Shown: positions 25,616 to 34,108 of the stretch, piece after piece
Layout of the letters: the number at the start of each line of letters is the position of its first letter
Position numbering within the stretch: position 1 is the stretch's first letter
DNA from: a virus
Taxonomy: Duplodnaviria > Caudoviricetes
Strand: one strand, 5' to 3'
Length of the DNA stretch: 35,617 bases
IMG/VR virus record: IMGVR_UViG_3300033076_000376
Location: 1 to 35,617 of that record
Program-made: the position numbers and the translations under genes
Notes under the pieces: generated by a model
What the model saw: only the letters and a program-made list of their open reading frames with translations
Databases searched by the model: none
What the model was told of the DNA's origin: nothing

Positions 25616-26335
25616 CTACTTACGCAAATCCTTAGAAACGATTCGAACATTGCTGAAAGCTTCAAAGGCGAAACTACCCATAGCATCTGAGTACTGGACT
25701 CCCCAATCATCTCGGTTGACGTTAGTAGTCACGATAGTTGGCAATCCACGGTCGTAACGAGCACGAAGAAGCTCATCAAATGCCACATCCTCGTACTTGG
25801 AGCCCTTTTCTTTACCCAAGTCATCGATGATTAGGATACGAACGTTTAGCCAGTCTTCTTCGGCACGACCGTGAAGACCCTCAATGACTCGGTTAAGTTC
25901 ACGGCGGTCATCTAGGTCTGCATCAAATGCGGATTTCTTAAAGGCAAGAAACTCGGGGAACGTGTAATAGCGGATAACACGAGACTTGAGTCCTAGAGTT
26001 CCTTCTGGGAAGTGCAGGATTTTGTTCATCTCAGCCTCGTCATCAGGCAAGTTAAGTACAAACTGCACGGCAGCAACTACAGCGTGAGTGGTCTTACCTA
26101 GACCTGGACCACCGTCAAACAAAAGTCCAACGCCAGTAGTTCCTAACCCACCTGGGTTCAAAATAACCTTGCCCTTGCCCATGTCATCTAGCCAGTCATC
26201 AATTTCTACAGGAAAACTACCAGTGTCATCGATTACGCTCTGGCGGTCCCATCCTTGAAAACGGATTGGCAAGTTTGAGTTCTTGGCTAGCCAAAAACGC
26301 TTCATTGGACTTAGTGTTGCCATGTTATACGGCAT
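25616..26335 (-). CDS. DnaC/IstB-like AAA+ helicase loader
   Basis: GLLFDGGPGLGKT, LIIDDLGKE, R.R....PTIVTTN; follows the initiator gene. Confidence 0.87.
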   Translation of the reverse strand: MPYNMATLSPMKRFWLAKNSNLPIRFQGWDRQSVIDDTGSFPVEIDDWLDDMGKGKVILNPGGLGTTGVGLLFDGGPGLGKTTHAVVAAVQFVLNLPDDEAEMNKILHFPEGTLGLKSRVIRYYTFPEFLAFKKSAFDADLDDRRELNRVIEGLHGRAEEDWLNVRILIIDDLGKEKGSKYEDVAFDELLRARYDRGLPTIVTTNVNRDDWGVQYSDAMGSFAFEAFSNVRIVSKDLRK

Positions 26336-27329
26336 TGTTTTCCCTCAGTTTCTCTTCGTAGCGTGCCAACGCTTTGCGCCCCACAATCGAGTTATCAAAT
26401 TCTCGACCGTCTGAAGCATAAACATAGTCGGTTCGCTCATCATTTGCAACTTCAACCTGTGCAAGGATTTTACGGCTAGGCATTCCTAGGTTCTGCAAAG
26501 CCTGGTCCATGTGAGTGTTGAACATCTTCAAAAAGCGTCGGTGTAAGTACTGGGGATTCTTCTCAGCATCCTGGTGCATGCGGGAATCTCCTAGGAACAA
26601 GCGGACCATCTCCATCTCGATTACCGCCGTAATTCCATACTTTTTACGGTTCTGAGCAAGAGCACCACGAAGTTCACGGGACTGCACTAGACCAGGCAAG
26701 TAGGGGTATTTCTTGCCCAACAAGAATGCAAACTCTGCAGCAACATCTGACGGAGTCCAAGTTTCCTGAGGACGACGACCACGAGTTTTAGGGTCACGAG
26801 CATCAGTACTGAGCTTGTGCTTCACTGCTGCAGGCTTCTCATCCTCAAATAGACCAAATCCACCAATGTTGTCATCTCCAGAGGTATCTTCACCCTCAGG
26901 CATCCAACGCTTAACTCCACCCACGAGAATCTCCTTACGTCCCAAACGTGCTTTCCCCCTGTTATTAATAACTTTAGTAGTTACTACTGGATAGCTATTA
27001 CTACTACTTTGACCATGTGTGGTTCCCACACTGGTGTGTGATGGTTCTTCAGTCCATCCCACAGGGGTAAGGGATGGTGAAAGTTGGTATGCGTTTACGT
27101 GGTATTTGCCACCGCCACGCTTAGTTCTAACGATGGTCAAGAAACCCTTGTTCTCCAGCCCTCTGAAAGCCCTACGCAGGGTTTCGGCGCTGTAGTGTGT
27201 AAGTTCTTGAATCTCTTCAGTACTGCCCTTAAATCGCCCTGTGTGGTCTGCTAGGTAGCGCAAAGCCACTGCTGTACGCAGCTCTGAATCAGTTAACGAA
27301 AGAAGCGCAAGCTCCTCATTTAGCCCCAT
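26325..27329 (-). CDS. Replication initiator-like protein with N-terminal winged HTH
   Basis: STEEIQELTHYSAETLRRAFRGLENKGFL...NAYQL, then a repeat/AT-rich linker; directly upstream of the DnaC-like loader (lambda O/P-like layout). Confidence 0.7.
   Translation of the reverse strand: MGLNEELALLSLTDSELRTAVALRYLADHTGRFKGSTEEIQELTHYSAETLRRAFRGLENKGFLTIVRTKRGGGKYHVNAYQLSPSLTPVGWTEEPSHTSVGTTHGQSSSNSYPVVTTKVINNRGKARLGRKEILVGGVKRWMPEGEDTSGDDNIGGFGLFEDEKPAAVKHKLSTDARDPKTRGRRPQETWTPSDVAAEFAFLLGKKYPYLPGLVQSRELRGALAQNRKKYGITAVIEMEMVRLFLGDSRMHQDAEKNPQYLHRRFLKMFNTHMDQALQNLGMPSRKILAQVEVANDERTDYVYASDGREFDNSIVGRKALARYEEKLRENNAV
26960..27078. other. Putative replication origin inside the initiator gene
   Basis: Two 21-bp imperfect repeats (27025-27045, 27058-27078; 16/21 identical, 33 bp apart) beside an AT-rich tract (about 26960-27010). 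Confidence 0.5.
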
Positions 27330-27337
27330 AGTTTTCC

Positions 27338-27592
27338 TTATCTAGTACGCCTCTGCACAACCTGTACTGGCTGAGTAGTTAGGAGCAATAGGATAAGGGA
27401 TACAAAGGCAGAAGCGCAACCAGCCACTGCTAGAGTTAGCCCAGAGATTCCCAAATACCAACAGCATAGGAAGCTTAGTGGTAGGGTTACGATTAGCTTT
27501 ATTAGCTTTGGGCTTAAGCCTGTTACGCTAATTAGTTCAACAAGGTAGGCCACAGCCATACCTGAAATAATGATTGAAAATAGAGTGTCCAT
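27338..27592 (-). CDS. Small multi-pass membrane protein (holin-like)
   Basis: 84 aa, about three hydrophobic segments and a basic C-terminus (QRRTR). Confidence 0.6.
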   Translation of the reverse strand: MDTLFSIIISGMAVAYLVELISVTGLSPKLIKLIVTLPLSFLCCWYLGISGLTLAVAGCASAFVSLILLLLTTQPVQVVQRRTR

Positions 27593-27604
27593 AAGGACAT
27601 CTTA
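27593..27604 (-). promoter_or_regulatory. Putative leaderless promoter (-10 TAAGAT, 6 nt before ATG)
   Basis: TAA-TAAGAT-gtcctt-ATG with no SD; same architecture as 3813-3824. Confidence 0.5.
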
Positions 27605-29761
27605 TTACGAAAAGTCTGAAAAACTCTCACCTGAGTTGGAGTACCAGCTCACACGGTATGGGGTATTTAGTGGCAAGAATCCCTTAATTTCTTGGCTTAA
27701 ACGTAGAGAACGGTATGCCAAATTAGGGTAAATGTGGGAAATTGAGCTCATTGGAGTTCCTTGCCAAGCAGCACCACTAGCTATTAGTGACCCATCAAAA
27801 TAATCTGATGCAGTTCTTGACATCTCGCACTGAGCGCCATCAAACTCTACAGTTGCCCCATTTAGATTTCCAGAAAGGCTAGCAGTCAATGGGGATGAAC
27901 TAAATGTCAGTAGGTCACTGTATAGTGTTACTTCAAATCTTTGCCAAGATGTAGTGAGCGTGATTGTCTTGGATGAAATGTTGGTGGTACCTCTAGCAAG
28001 AGTCAGAGTTACGTCTTTAGTGTCACTAGCTGTATTAGAGACTAGCTTTGCATAAATTGAAAAAGTATAGAACTGGTCTGCAGTATTTGCAGTTGGCATA
28101 GCTGTTGACAAGAATGTTGTGTCAGTAGACTTACCAACTATTTGTAGTTTCTTTAGTCCAACTCGACCTTCTGGCCCATCGTATGCGCTTCCATACCCCA
28201 AAGCAACTCGTGAGAATGATGCGACATCTTTAGTCCAACCTGTTAGGGCTAGACCAGAATCATTGAACTCAAAACTAGGGTTTACAACATGGTTAGTTTT
28301 TGATGGGTTCAAGAAAATGTTTACAGCACGTGCTTCTTGGAAATCGGTCTCTGATGATTCAGCAAATTGAACCATGTCAATTGCATACCCGCATGGTCCA
28401 GTAAATGTGAATGAAATACTTGCGTATACTGCTGCATTAGGCGCAGTTGTTGTAAACGAAACCTTAGTCCAGCTATCTACCTCAGTGGCTGAAACTGCAG
28501 CAACTGGTGCTCCGATTCGAGTACCCTTACGGTCGTACCAAGTTATTTCTGGAAGAATGCTTGCAGTTACTCCGTTGTGCGCTCCAGTGGTAGAACCATA
28601 AACACTAAGCGTGTATTCGGTGTTTCCAACAACAGGGATGCCACGAGTAGTTGGGCTTGCTGCACCATTTGTTATTGACGCACTAGCGGTAGTTACCGTA
28701 ACACGGGCAGTGTAGCTAAGGTCAATTGCAAATGCTTCGGTTTCTGGAACCTGTCGGTCTTGAGCAATAGCGATGGTTGAACCAGTGTTAGCGACCCAAA
28801 ATCCCACGCCCTCATTAAACGTGCTGTCTTGGCTAGATAGCATTAAGTTAGGAGAGACGGTAACGTTAGCGTCGTAACCACTAACACTTTCAACGTAAGT
28901 CTGAAGACCAGAAGTAGTTCCCTTACGACGATAGATGTACAGAGCTTCACGAACAAGTTGCTTTTGAGTTTTTGAAATACCGACAATGTCATTTGTCAAA
29001 CCAAGTTGCTGTGTCTGTAGTTCCAAAATACCTGGGTCAGTATTTTTTCCAGTTTGCTCAGGAAGAATCAAATCAGCATGGGTCAAAAACTCGTCTAGAG
29101 TTAAAGAGAATGCTGACAAAAAAGTTGACAACAAACTGTTCTCAGTTATTCCAGAAGCATCAATTGTAGAGTCATACTCTTGAGAAACATCTAGAGGTCC
29201 TTGCTGAGCTCCACTAAACACTCGTGGAATAAACCCCATAAATCTGTCATGAGTTGTAGACAATGACTGAGACCCAATAGTCGTATCTCTAATGACCCCA
29301 TCTTCAGTTACTGTTGCTACAGTCTCTGTGCTAGTCGCACTAGCGTGATTTCCTGGAACTAGAGTGTATGTGTCTCCTGCCCGAACCCAAGCACCAGTTG
29401 GGTCTAGCAAAATCCATGCACGATAAAAAGCAAATCTACCGCCAACTAATGGGCTTGAATTTTTTGCAATCGTATCTTCACCATCGACAAACGTAGCTAA
29501 ATCAATGGTTTCATTAGTCGAAGTGTAGAAATCGTAAAGAATAGCACCATCCTCTTCCGTTTCTGGAAAAGCGTTCTGGTTACGTACTAGGCGAAACCCT
29601 ACATAGGACGCTACTGAAGTATTGGCAGGCTTTGACCAATTTACACGTACTTTGTTATAGCCGATTGCCACTGATGACAACGGTTCAGCACTAAATGCAA
29701 TTCTAGAAGGCTCACCATAGGTGACTCCAGAACCGTAGATTACTTCAGAAAATTTAGCCAA
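27605..29761 (-). CDS. Baseplate/tail protein: FN3-like, P2 gpI-like and two carbohydrate-binding-module-like domains
   Basis: VRVNWSKP (FN3); LVREALYIYRRKGTTSGL (gpI); NLML..DSTF.EG..W and NHVVNPSFE (CBM-like); DYFDGS. Confidence 0.8.
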   Translation of the reverse strand: MAKFSEVIYGSGVTYGEPSRIAFSAEPLSSVAIGYNKVRVNWSKPANTSVASYVGFRLVRNQNAFPETEEDGAILYDFYTSTNETIDLATFVDGEDTIAKNSSPLVGGRFAFYRAWILLDPTGAWVRAGDTYTLVPGNHASATSTETVATVTEDGVIRDTTIGSQSLSTTHDRFMGFIPRVFSGAQQGPLDVSQEYDSTIDASGITENSLLSTFLSAFSLTLDEFLTHADLILPEQTGKNTDPGILELQTQQLGLTNDIVGISKTQKQLVREALYIYRRKGTTSGLQTYVESVSGYDANVTVSPNLMLSSQDSTFNEGVGFWVANTGSTIAIAQDRQVPETEAFAIDLSYTARVTVTTASASITNGAASPTTRGIPVVGNTEYTLSVYGSTTGAHNGVTASILPEITWYDRKGTRIGAPVAAVSATEVDSWTKVSFTTTAPNAAVYASISFTFTGPCGYAIDMVQFAESSETDFQEARAVNIFLNPSKTNHVVNPSFEFNDSGLALTGWTKDVASFSRVALGYGSAYDGPEGRVGLKKLQIVGKSTDTTFLSTAMPTANTADQFYTFSIYAKLVSNTASDTKDVTLTLARGTTNISSKTITLTTSWQRFEVTLYSDLLTFSSSPLTASLSGNLNGATVEFDGAQCEMSRTASDYFDGSLIASGAAWQGTPMSSISHIYPNLAYRSLRLSQEIKGFLPLNTPYRVSWYSNSGESFSDFS

Positions 29762-29769
29762 TTTTAGCC

Positions 29770-30213
29770 TTAGTTAGTAGCGGTTCCACCGTCAATTAGG
29801 GAGAATGAGCCTACACCTGCAGAACTTACGGATGCCACAATAGTGCCGTCATCACTCTTGAAATTAAGAAGGTTGTCTGTTGCAGTACCCTTTTGCTTGA
29901 TTGTTAGGCCAACTACTCCAGTAGAGGTTTGTTGGATTACATCGCCACCATCAGTGCTTACATAGTTATTAAAAATGGTAAATACACCATTCTCAATGTT
30001 TGTAACTCTAGCTTTGAGAGATGTCCAGGTAGTAGATGAAGTGCTGAATGTTCCTACGCCCCAGTTGTCATCACGTGACTTAATTAGGGTACCCAGGTTA
30101 GACTGAATAGCCGTAACCTCGTCGTATACGACGTTTACGTCTGCGGCATAGACAATGTCCGTGAGGTCATGTTTAGTGTCAAAAACTTTCACGGAATTTG
30201 GGTAGTTAGCCAT
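29770..30213 (-). CDS. Minor tail/baseplate structural protein
   Basis: MANYPNSV...AADVN...EVTAIQSNLG fibre-like N-terminus; C-terminal IDGG; AGGAG RBS. Confidence 0.7.
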   Translation of the reverse strand: MANYPNSVKVFDTKHDLTDIVYAADVNVVYDEVTAIQSNLGTLIKSRDDNWGVGTFSTSSTTWTSLKARVTNIENGVFTIFNNYVSTDGGDVIQQTSTGVVGLTIKQKGTATDNLLNFKSDDGTIVASVSSAGVGSFSLIDGGTATN

Positions 30214-30285
30214 GGGCTGTCTCCTAAAATCTCTCTTCTAAGTTTGCCTGGTTTAGGCTGTTTTTAAAGCATGAACTGTTGAGGG

Positions 30286-30669
30286 TTATGCCGAACCACC
30301 GTCAATAAGGGTTACGGTAGTGCTCGTTACACTGCTTCCTGTAATCAGTGTTTGGGTAGTTGTAGTAGGTGCTGGGGTAACAACCTCAGTTACAGCTTGA
30401 GTAAAGTTACCGCCAAAAACACCCGTCCAAATAGGGAATGACGGGTCACCACCCTCAAACATTACCCAGACACCTTGACCAACTTCTGGTTTTACCATGT
30501 TGGCACCAGAAGCTTCCACAGGCCAAGCCCAACCTGTTGTTGCGTCAAACAAGACCTGTGGAATCTTCAGCTTTACTCGGTTAAGTGATGGGGTAGGGTC
30601 GTTATTGTCTACTACAACGCCTCGATACAGACCAAAGAATCTTGGGTTACCGTATGCGTCCTTTATCAT
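30286..30669 (-). CDS. Baseplate spike gp5/gpV OB-fold protein
   Basis: GLYRGVVVDNNDP..RVKLKIP..WAWP..PEVGQGVWVMFEGGDPSFPIW. Confidence 0.88.
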   Translation of the reverse strand: MIKDAYGNPRFFGLYRGVVVDNNDPTPSLNRVKLKIPQVLFDATTGWAWPVEASGANMVKPEVGQGVWVMFEGGDPSFPIWTGVFGGNFTQAVTEVVTPAPTTTTQTLITGSSVTSTTVTLIDGGSA

Positions 30670-33600
30670 TACGAGACCCTAATAAGAGTTAGTTTGTAGT
30701 TTCTTACCGTTACACCATCGCCTGCAGTTACAGAAACTACTACTACAGTGTTTCCTACTGAAGTGTTTACATTCTTTGTAGAACCACTAGCTACTACCGA
30801 GTTATTCACGGTAACTAGGGCATTAACTGCGTCATTCAGAATAGGCTTAATGTCTACAGAAGTAGTGCTATTCGGAAGCGTTACAGTGTAATCGGTTACC
30901 GCTGGGTTAAACGCCTGGTTCCAAGTACCGATAGATACTGAAGAGCTAAGTACGTCTAGTCCATTTGTAGGGTGAAGAGTTGCGTCGTTTGGAGCAGCAG
31001 TCAGAGTGAGATTATCTTGAATGAATACAAAGATTTCACTAGGGCTACCAATCAGACTTGTGCGACCACTTCCACCAGAACGGTGTAGTGCAGTTACCTT
31101 AACGTTTTGAACACCATCTACTTGTCGAAGTTTAAACTCCACTTCTTCTGGAGTAATGATGTCTTCAAAGTCAACATAGTTATAGGAAAAGCTATTAAGT
31201 AGCTTATTCGTCAAGTTTGCACGAACTGTAGCGTCCAAGTATTGTGGTAGAGCTGTATAGGTAACTTCCACGTTTACTGGAACATAATCTGGGTAAGTCA
31301 CAGTAATTGTTGTTCCAATTTGAGACTTATCTGACAGGTAGTCGTGAACATCTGACTGAAGTTGAACTTGGCTAGCCAAAGGTAGGCCACTGGATAATCC
31401 AGGAGTTACTTCATTTGAAGTGTTTGTAGGAGCAACGTATACCGTTACTGAAGTTTTTGCTTCAGCAGTAGCATTTGCTTTTCCAACACCTCGGTATGAA
31501 AGGGCTAGGTTTCCGTAGTCTTCCAAAGTAACTGCACGGTTCAGTGCTCGAAGTGAGCGAGGAGCATTGTAACGAATAACGTCATTTGATTCAGGGTCTG
31601 CACCACCAGCAGCTGCAGAGTTATTTGTAACCGAAATCTTTGTTTTAAGAGTAGTTTCTTGAGTACTGGTTACAGTTGGAACACTGACAATCGTATTGAT
31701 GGTGTTTAGTCCTACGTTACCGATTGGCCCACCGCCAACAAAGTACTGTGCCTTGATGGATGCTCCTTGAGGAGGAATTGCTCCAGAAACACCGTCACCA
31801 AAATTAACTAGCAAGGTTCCAGAAGCATTTACTGAGACGCTATAAACGCTGGCGCTTGGGCCGAAGTCTGAAATGTGCTGTACTTGTTGCCACTTGCTGT
31901 AGTAAGTACCCTCATCTACAAAAATGTTAATAAGGTTCTTGTCCACAATAGTTTCTGCAAGCTTGAACGTCTGGTCAGGAGAGCCTGTAGAGGTACCAAT
32001 CAACTCACCGTTAATGTCGTGGCTAAGCAAAGGGTTAAGAAGGTTAGCTGCACGATACGATACATCTTCTCCCTGAATTGCTTGAACTACTACAGAGTTA
32101 TCTACGTTACCCATGTGACCAACAACAGCGTCTGATGTTGTAGTGAACATTACTTGCTGAGTCTTATCCTCAAAAGAAACTTCAGCCTGCAATTGAGTTC
32201 CAGCAGGAACTGTTGTTGTACCTACGGTGTAAACCATGCCTGTTGGAATTGCGTAGTTTGCAGCAGGAAGATTTGCATAGTATACATTTCCTCCAGAGCT
32301 ATAGGTTGCTCCAGTTAGTGATGGGGTTGCTACACCGCCACTTGAGTAAGTTCCAGTAGCAGAGTTAGCAACAGTAAACTGGTTTACTACAGCGTATCCA
32401 CCTTGAGTAAACGTAGCGTTTTCTGAGTTAGCTGCTTTAAATTGGTATACCACTGCGGAACCACCGCTGCTGTATGCGGAAGTTGCAGTTCCTGCAATCT
32501 TAAATGTTGTGGCATCAGCAAATGTGATTACCGCAACTCCGTTGTACTCCGTAGGAGTTACGCCAGAAATGTGTACATACTGACCTTTAACAAAAGTGTT
32601 ATTTGCTGTGTAAGTGATTTCACTTCCACTTCCAGCCACACCAGTAATAGTTGCAGTTAAATTGGCTACATCTGTAACTACCGCATTAGTTAGGTTGTAT
32701 CCAATAGGTAAGAGACTAGTAACAGTGACTACTTGTCCCACAGTAATTGGTTGGCTAACTGTGTAAATAGACTTACTGCTACCAGCACTTGCAGCCATAG
32801 TTACAATGGCATTTGTTTTAGTTACAGAAGCTACAGTTGCATTTGTAAGGTTATAGGCTGTTGGTGATACTCCAGTAATAGTTACTTTTTGACCAACAAT
32901 AAAGTCATTTACAGCAGAGTAAGTTACTTCGCCAGAACCATTTGTTTTTACAAAGTTAATTGTTGCAGTGTTATTTGCTGGCTTAATTACTAAGGTATTT
33001 TCAGAAGCGCTATCTACTAGCCAGTTTCCGTTGTAGCCACCGACATCTGCCAAGGCAATTGTTTCATCCTTGATGATTCCGTGGTTTACAGAAGTAGTAA
33101 CTGTAAATGTGCCAGTTCCGTTGACAATGTTAGTGATGTCAAACTTTGGTTGGTATGCCACTACTGGTCGGTTAATAGCGTCTTTTCCTGTAGCAAGCAC
33201 TGTCCAGCGACCGTTATACGCACTACTGGTCATACCAGTTACGATAATTGAGTCTCCTGCTGTAAATGGATTGTTGTTTGGAATAACAAGCTGAGCCACA
33301 TGTGGGTAAGTGTCGTTATTAAAAGTTGCTTCTTCCAAAATAGAAGCACCTACTTGACCAGAGTAACCAGCCGAGCTAGTGAACGTAACGTCTACGACAG
33401 AGCCCACATAACCTGTAGGCGTATAACCGTACATGCTTGCAAGGTTTAGCAGTGTTTGTCTTTGAGTAGCTGTAAACAAGTACGCTTCATTAGCAATTCG
33501 GTCAATGTAATAGTTGGTTAGGTCACCCATGTAAGCAAACGCTTCAATAAGAACCAAACCAAAATCAGATGCGTCAGTACCCTGCCACTGGTTGTTAGTG

Positions 33601-33698
33601 GCAGACTTAACTCTTTCAATTAGTGCTTCACGAAGAGCGTAGTAATCACGACCTGTGTAGTCTACTGATACAGGAATTTTGCTTGCTGCTGCGGTCAC
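30669..33698 (-). CDS. Baseplate wedge protein (P2 gpJ / T4 gp6-like) with inserted beta-repeat arm and C-terminal cadherin-like domain
   Basis: DYTGRDY..LR, DFG..L.E.FAY.GD..YY.DR.ANE.YL.TA; FGDGVSGAIP; GGADPES..IR..AP..RAVTLEDY; FNPAVTDYTV...AGDG...Y.L. Confidence 0.92.
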   Translation of the reverse strand: MTAAASKIPVSVDYTGRDYYALREALIERVKSATNNQWQGTDASDFGLVLIEAFAYMGDLTNYYIDRIANEAYLFTATQRQTLLNLASMYGYTPTGYVGSVVDVTFTSSAGYSGQVGASILEEATFNNDTYPHVAQLVIPNNNPFTAGDSIIVTGMTSSAYNGRWTVLATGKDAINRPVVAYQPKFDITNIVNGTGTFTVTTSVNHGIIKDETIALADVGGYNGNWLVDSASENTLVIKPANNTATINFVKTNGSGEVTYSAVNDFIVGQKVTITGVSPTAYNLTNATVASVTKTNAIVTMAASAGSSKSIYTVSQPITVGQVVTVTSLLPIGYNLTNAVVTDVANLTATITGVAGSGSEITYTANNTFVKGQYVHISGVTPTEYNGVAVITFADATTFKIAGTATSAYSSGGSAVVYQFKAANSENATFTQGGYAVVNQFTVANSATGTYSSGGVATPSLTGATYSSGGNVYYANLPAANYAIPTGMVYTVGTTTVPAGTQLQAEVSFEDKTQQVMFTTTSDAVVGHMGNVDNSVVVQAIQGEDVSYRAANLLNPLLSHDINGELIGTSTGSPDQTFKLAETIVDKNLINIFVDEGTYYSKWQQVQHISDFGPSASVYSVSVNASGTLLVNFGDGVSGAIPPQGASIKAQYFVGGGPIGNVGLNTINTIVSVPTVTSTQETTLKTKISVTNNSAAAGGADPESNDVIRYNAPRSLRALNRAVTLEDYGNLALSYRGVGKANATAEAKTSVTVYVAPTNTSNEVTPGLSSGLPLASQVQLQSDVHDYLSDKSQIGTTITVTYPDYVPVNVEVTYTALPQYLDATVRANLTNKLLNSFSYNYVDFEDIITPEEVEFKLRQVDGVQNVKVTALHRSGGSGRTSLIGSPSEIFVFIQDNLTLTAAPNDATLHPTNGLDVLSSSVSIGTWNQAFNPAVTDYTVTLPNSTTSVDIKPILNDAVNALVTVNNSVVASGSTKNVNTSVGNTVVVVSVTAGDGVTVRNYKLTLIRVS

Positions 33699-34108
33699 AG
33701 GGTCTCCTCGTAAGGTGGGTTATTTTGTGAAACAGTGATAATACCTACTGCAGTACTATCTGTTTGATTATTTGGAAGCGTGTAGGTAACATCTGCAATA
33801 ACGATGTTTTCCACATCGTTGTATGAGTACTTGACGTCTTCTAGCCTAAGTAGGGGAAGGTCCATGTGAAACACTCGTTCAATTTCAGAACTCATAAGTG
33901 TTTCTGCAGAGCTTCTAGTTTCAAAAGCAGCGTGTGATACTTTGGTTCCGTATCCAGGACGCATAACTCTTTCACCCAAAGTAGTTCCAATAGCACTCTT
34001 GACTCGGTCTGCCCAAATCACAGACTGGTCAATCGTAAACCGTATGTTGCCAAAAGTATCAAGGGAGAATGGCAGAGCAATAGCTTTTTCATCATTTGAC
34101 AATGACAT
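33695..34108 (-). CDS. Baseplate gp25/W-like protein
   Basis: AIALPFSL, GTTLGERVMRPGYGT; start MSLSND by TAATG overlap. Confidence 0.88.
   Translation of the reverse strand: MSLSNDEKAIALPFSLDTFGNIRFTIDQSVIWADRVKSAIGTTLGERVMRPGYGTKVSHAAFETRSSAETLMSSEIERVFHMDLPLLRLEDVKYSYNDVENIVIADVTYTLPNNQTDSTAVGIITVSQNNPPYEETL

Noticed and set aside
25616-26335. IS21 transposon (IstB)
   Set aside because: No IstA transposase or terminal inverted repeats; context indicates a helicase loader.
30214-30285. Terminator or late promoter in the gap between spike and minor tail gene
   Set aside because: Only a 4-bp stem (GCCT/AGGC) and a non-consensus CAAACT hexamer; insufficient support.
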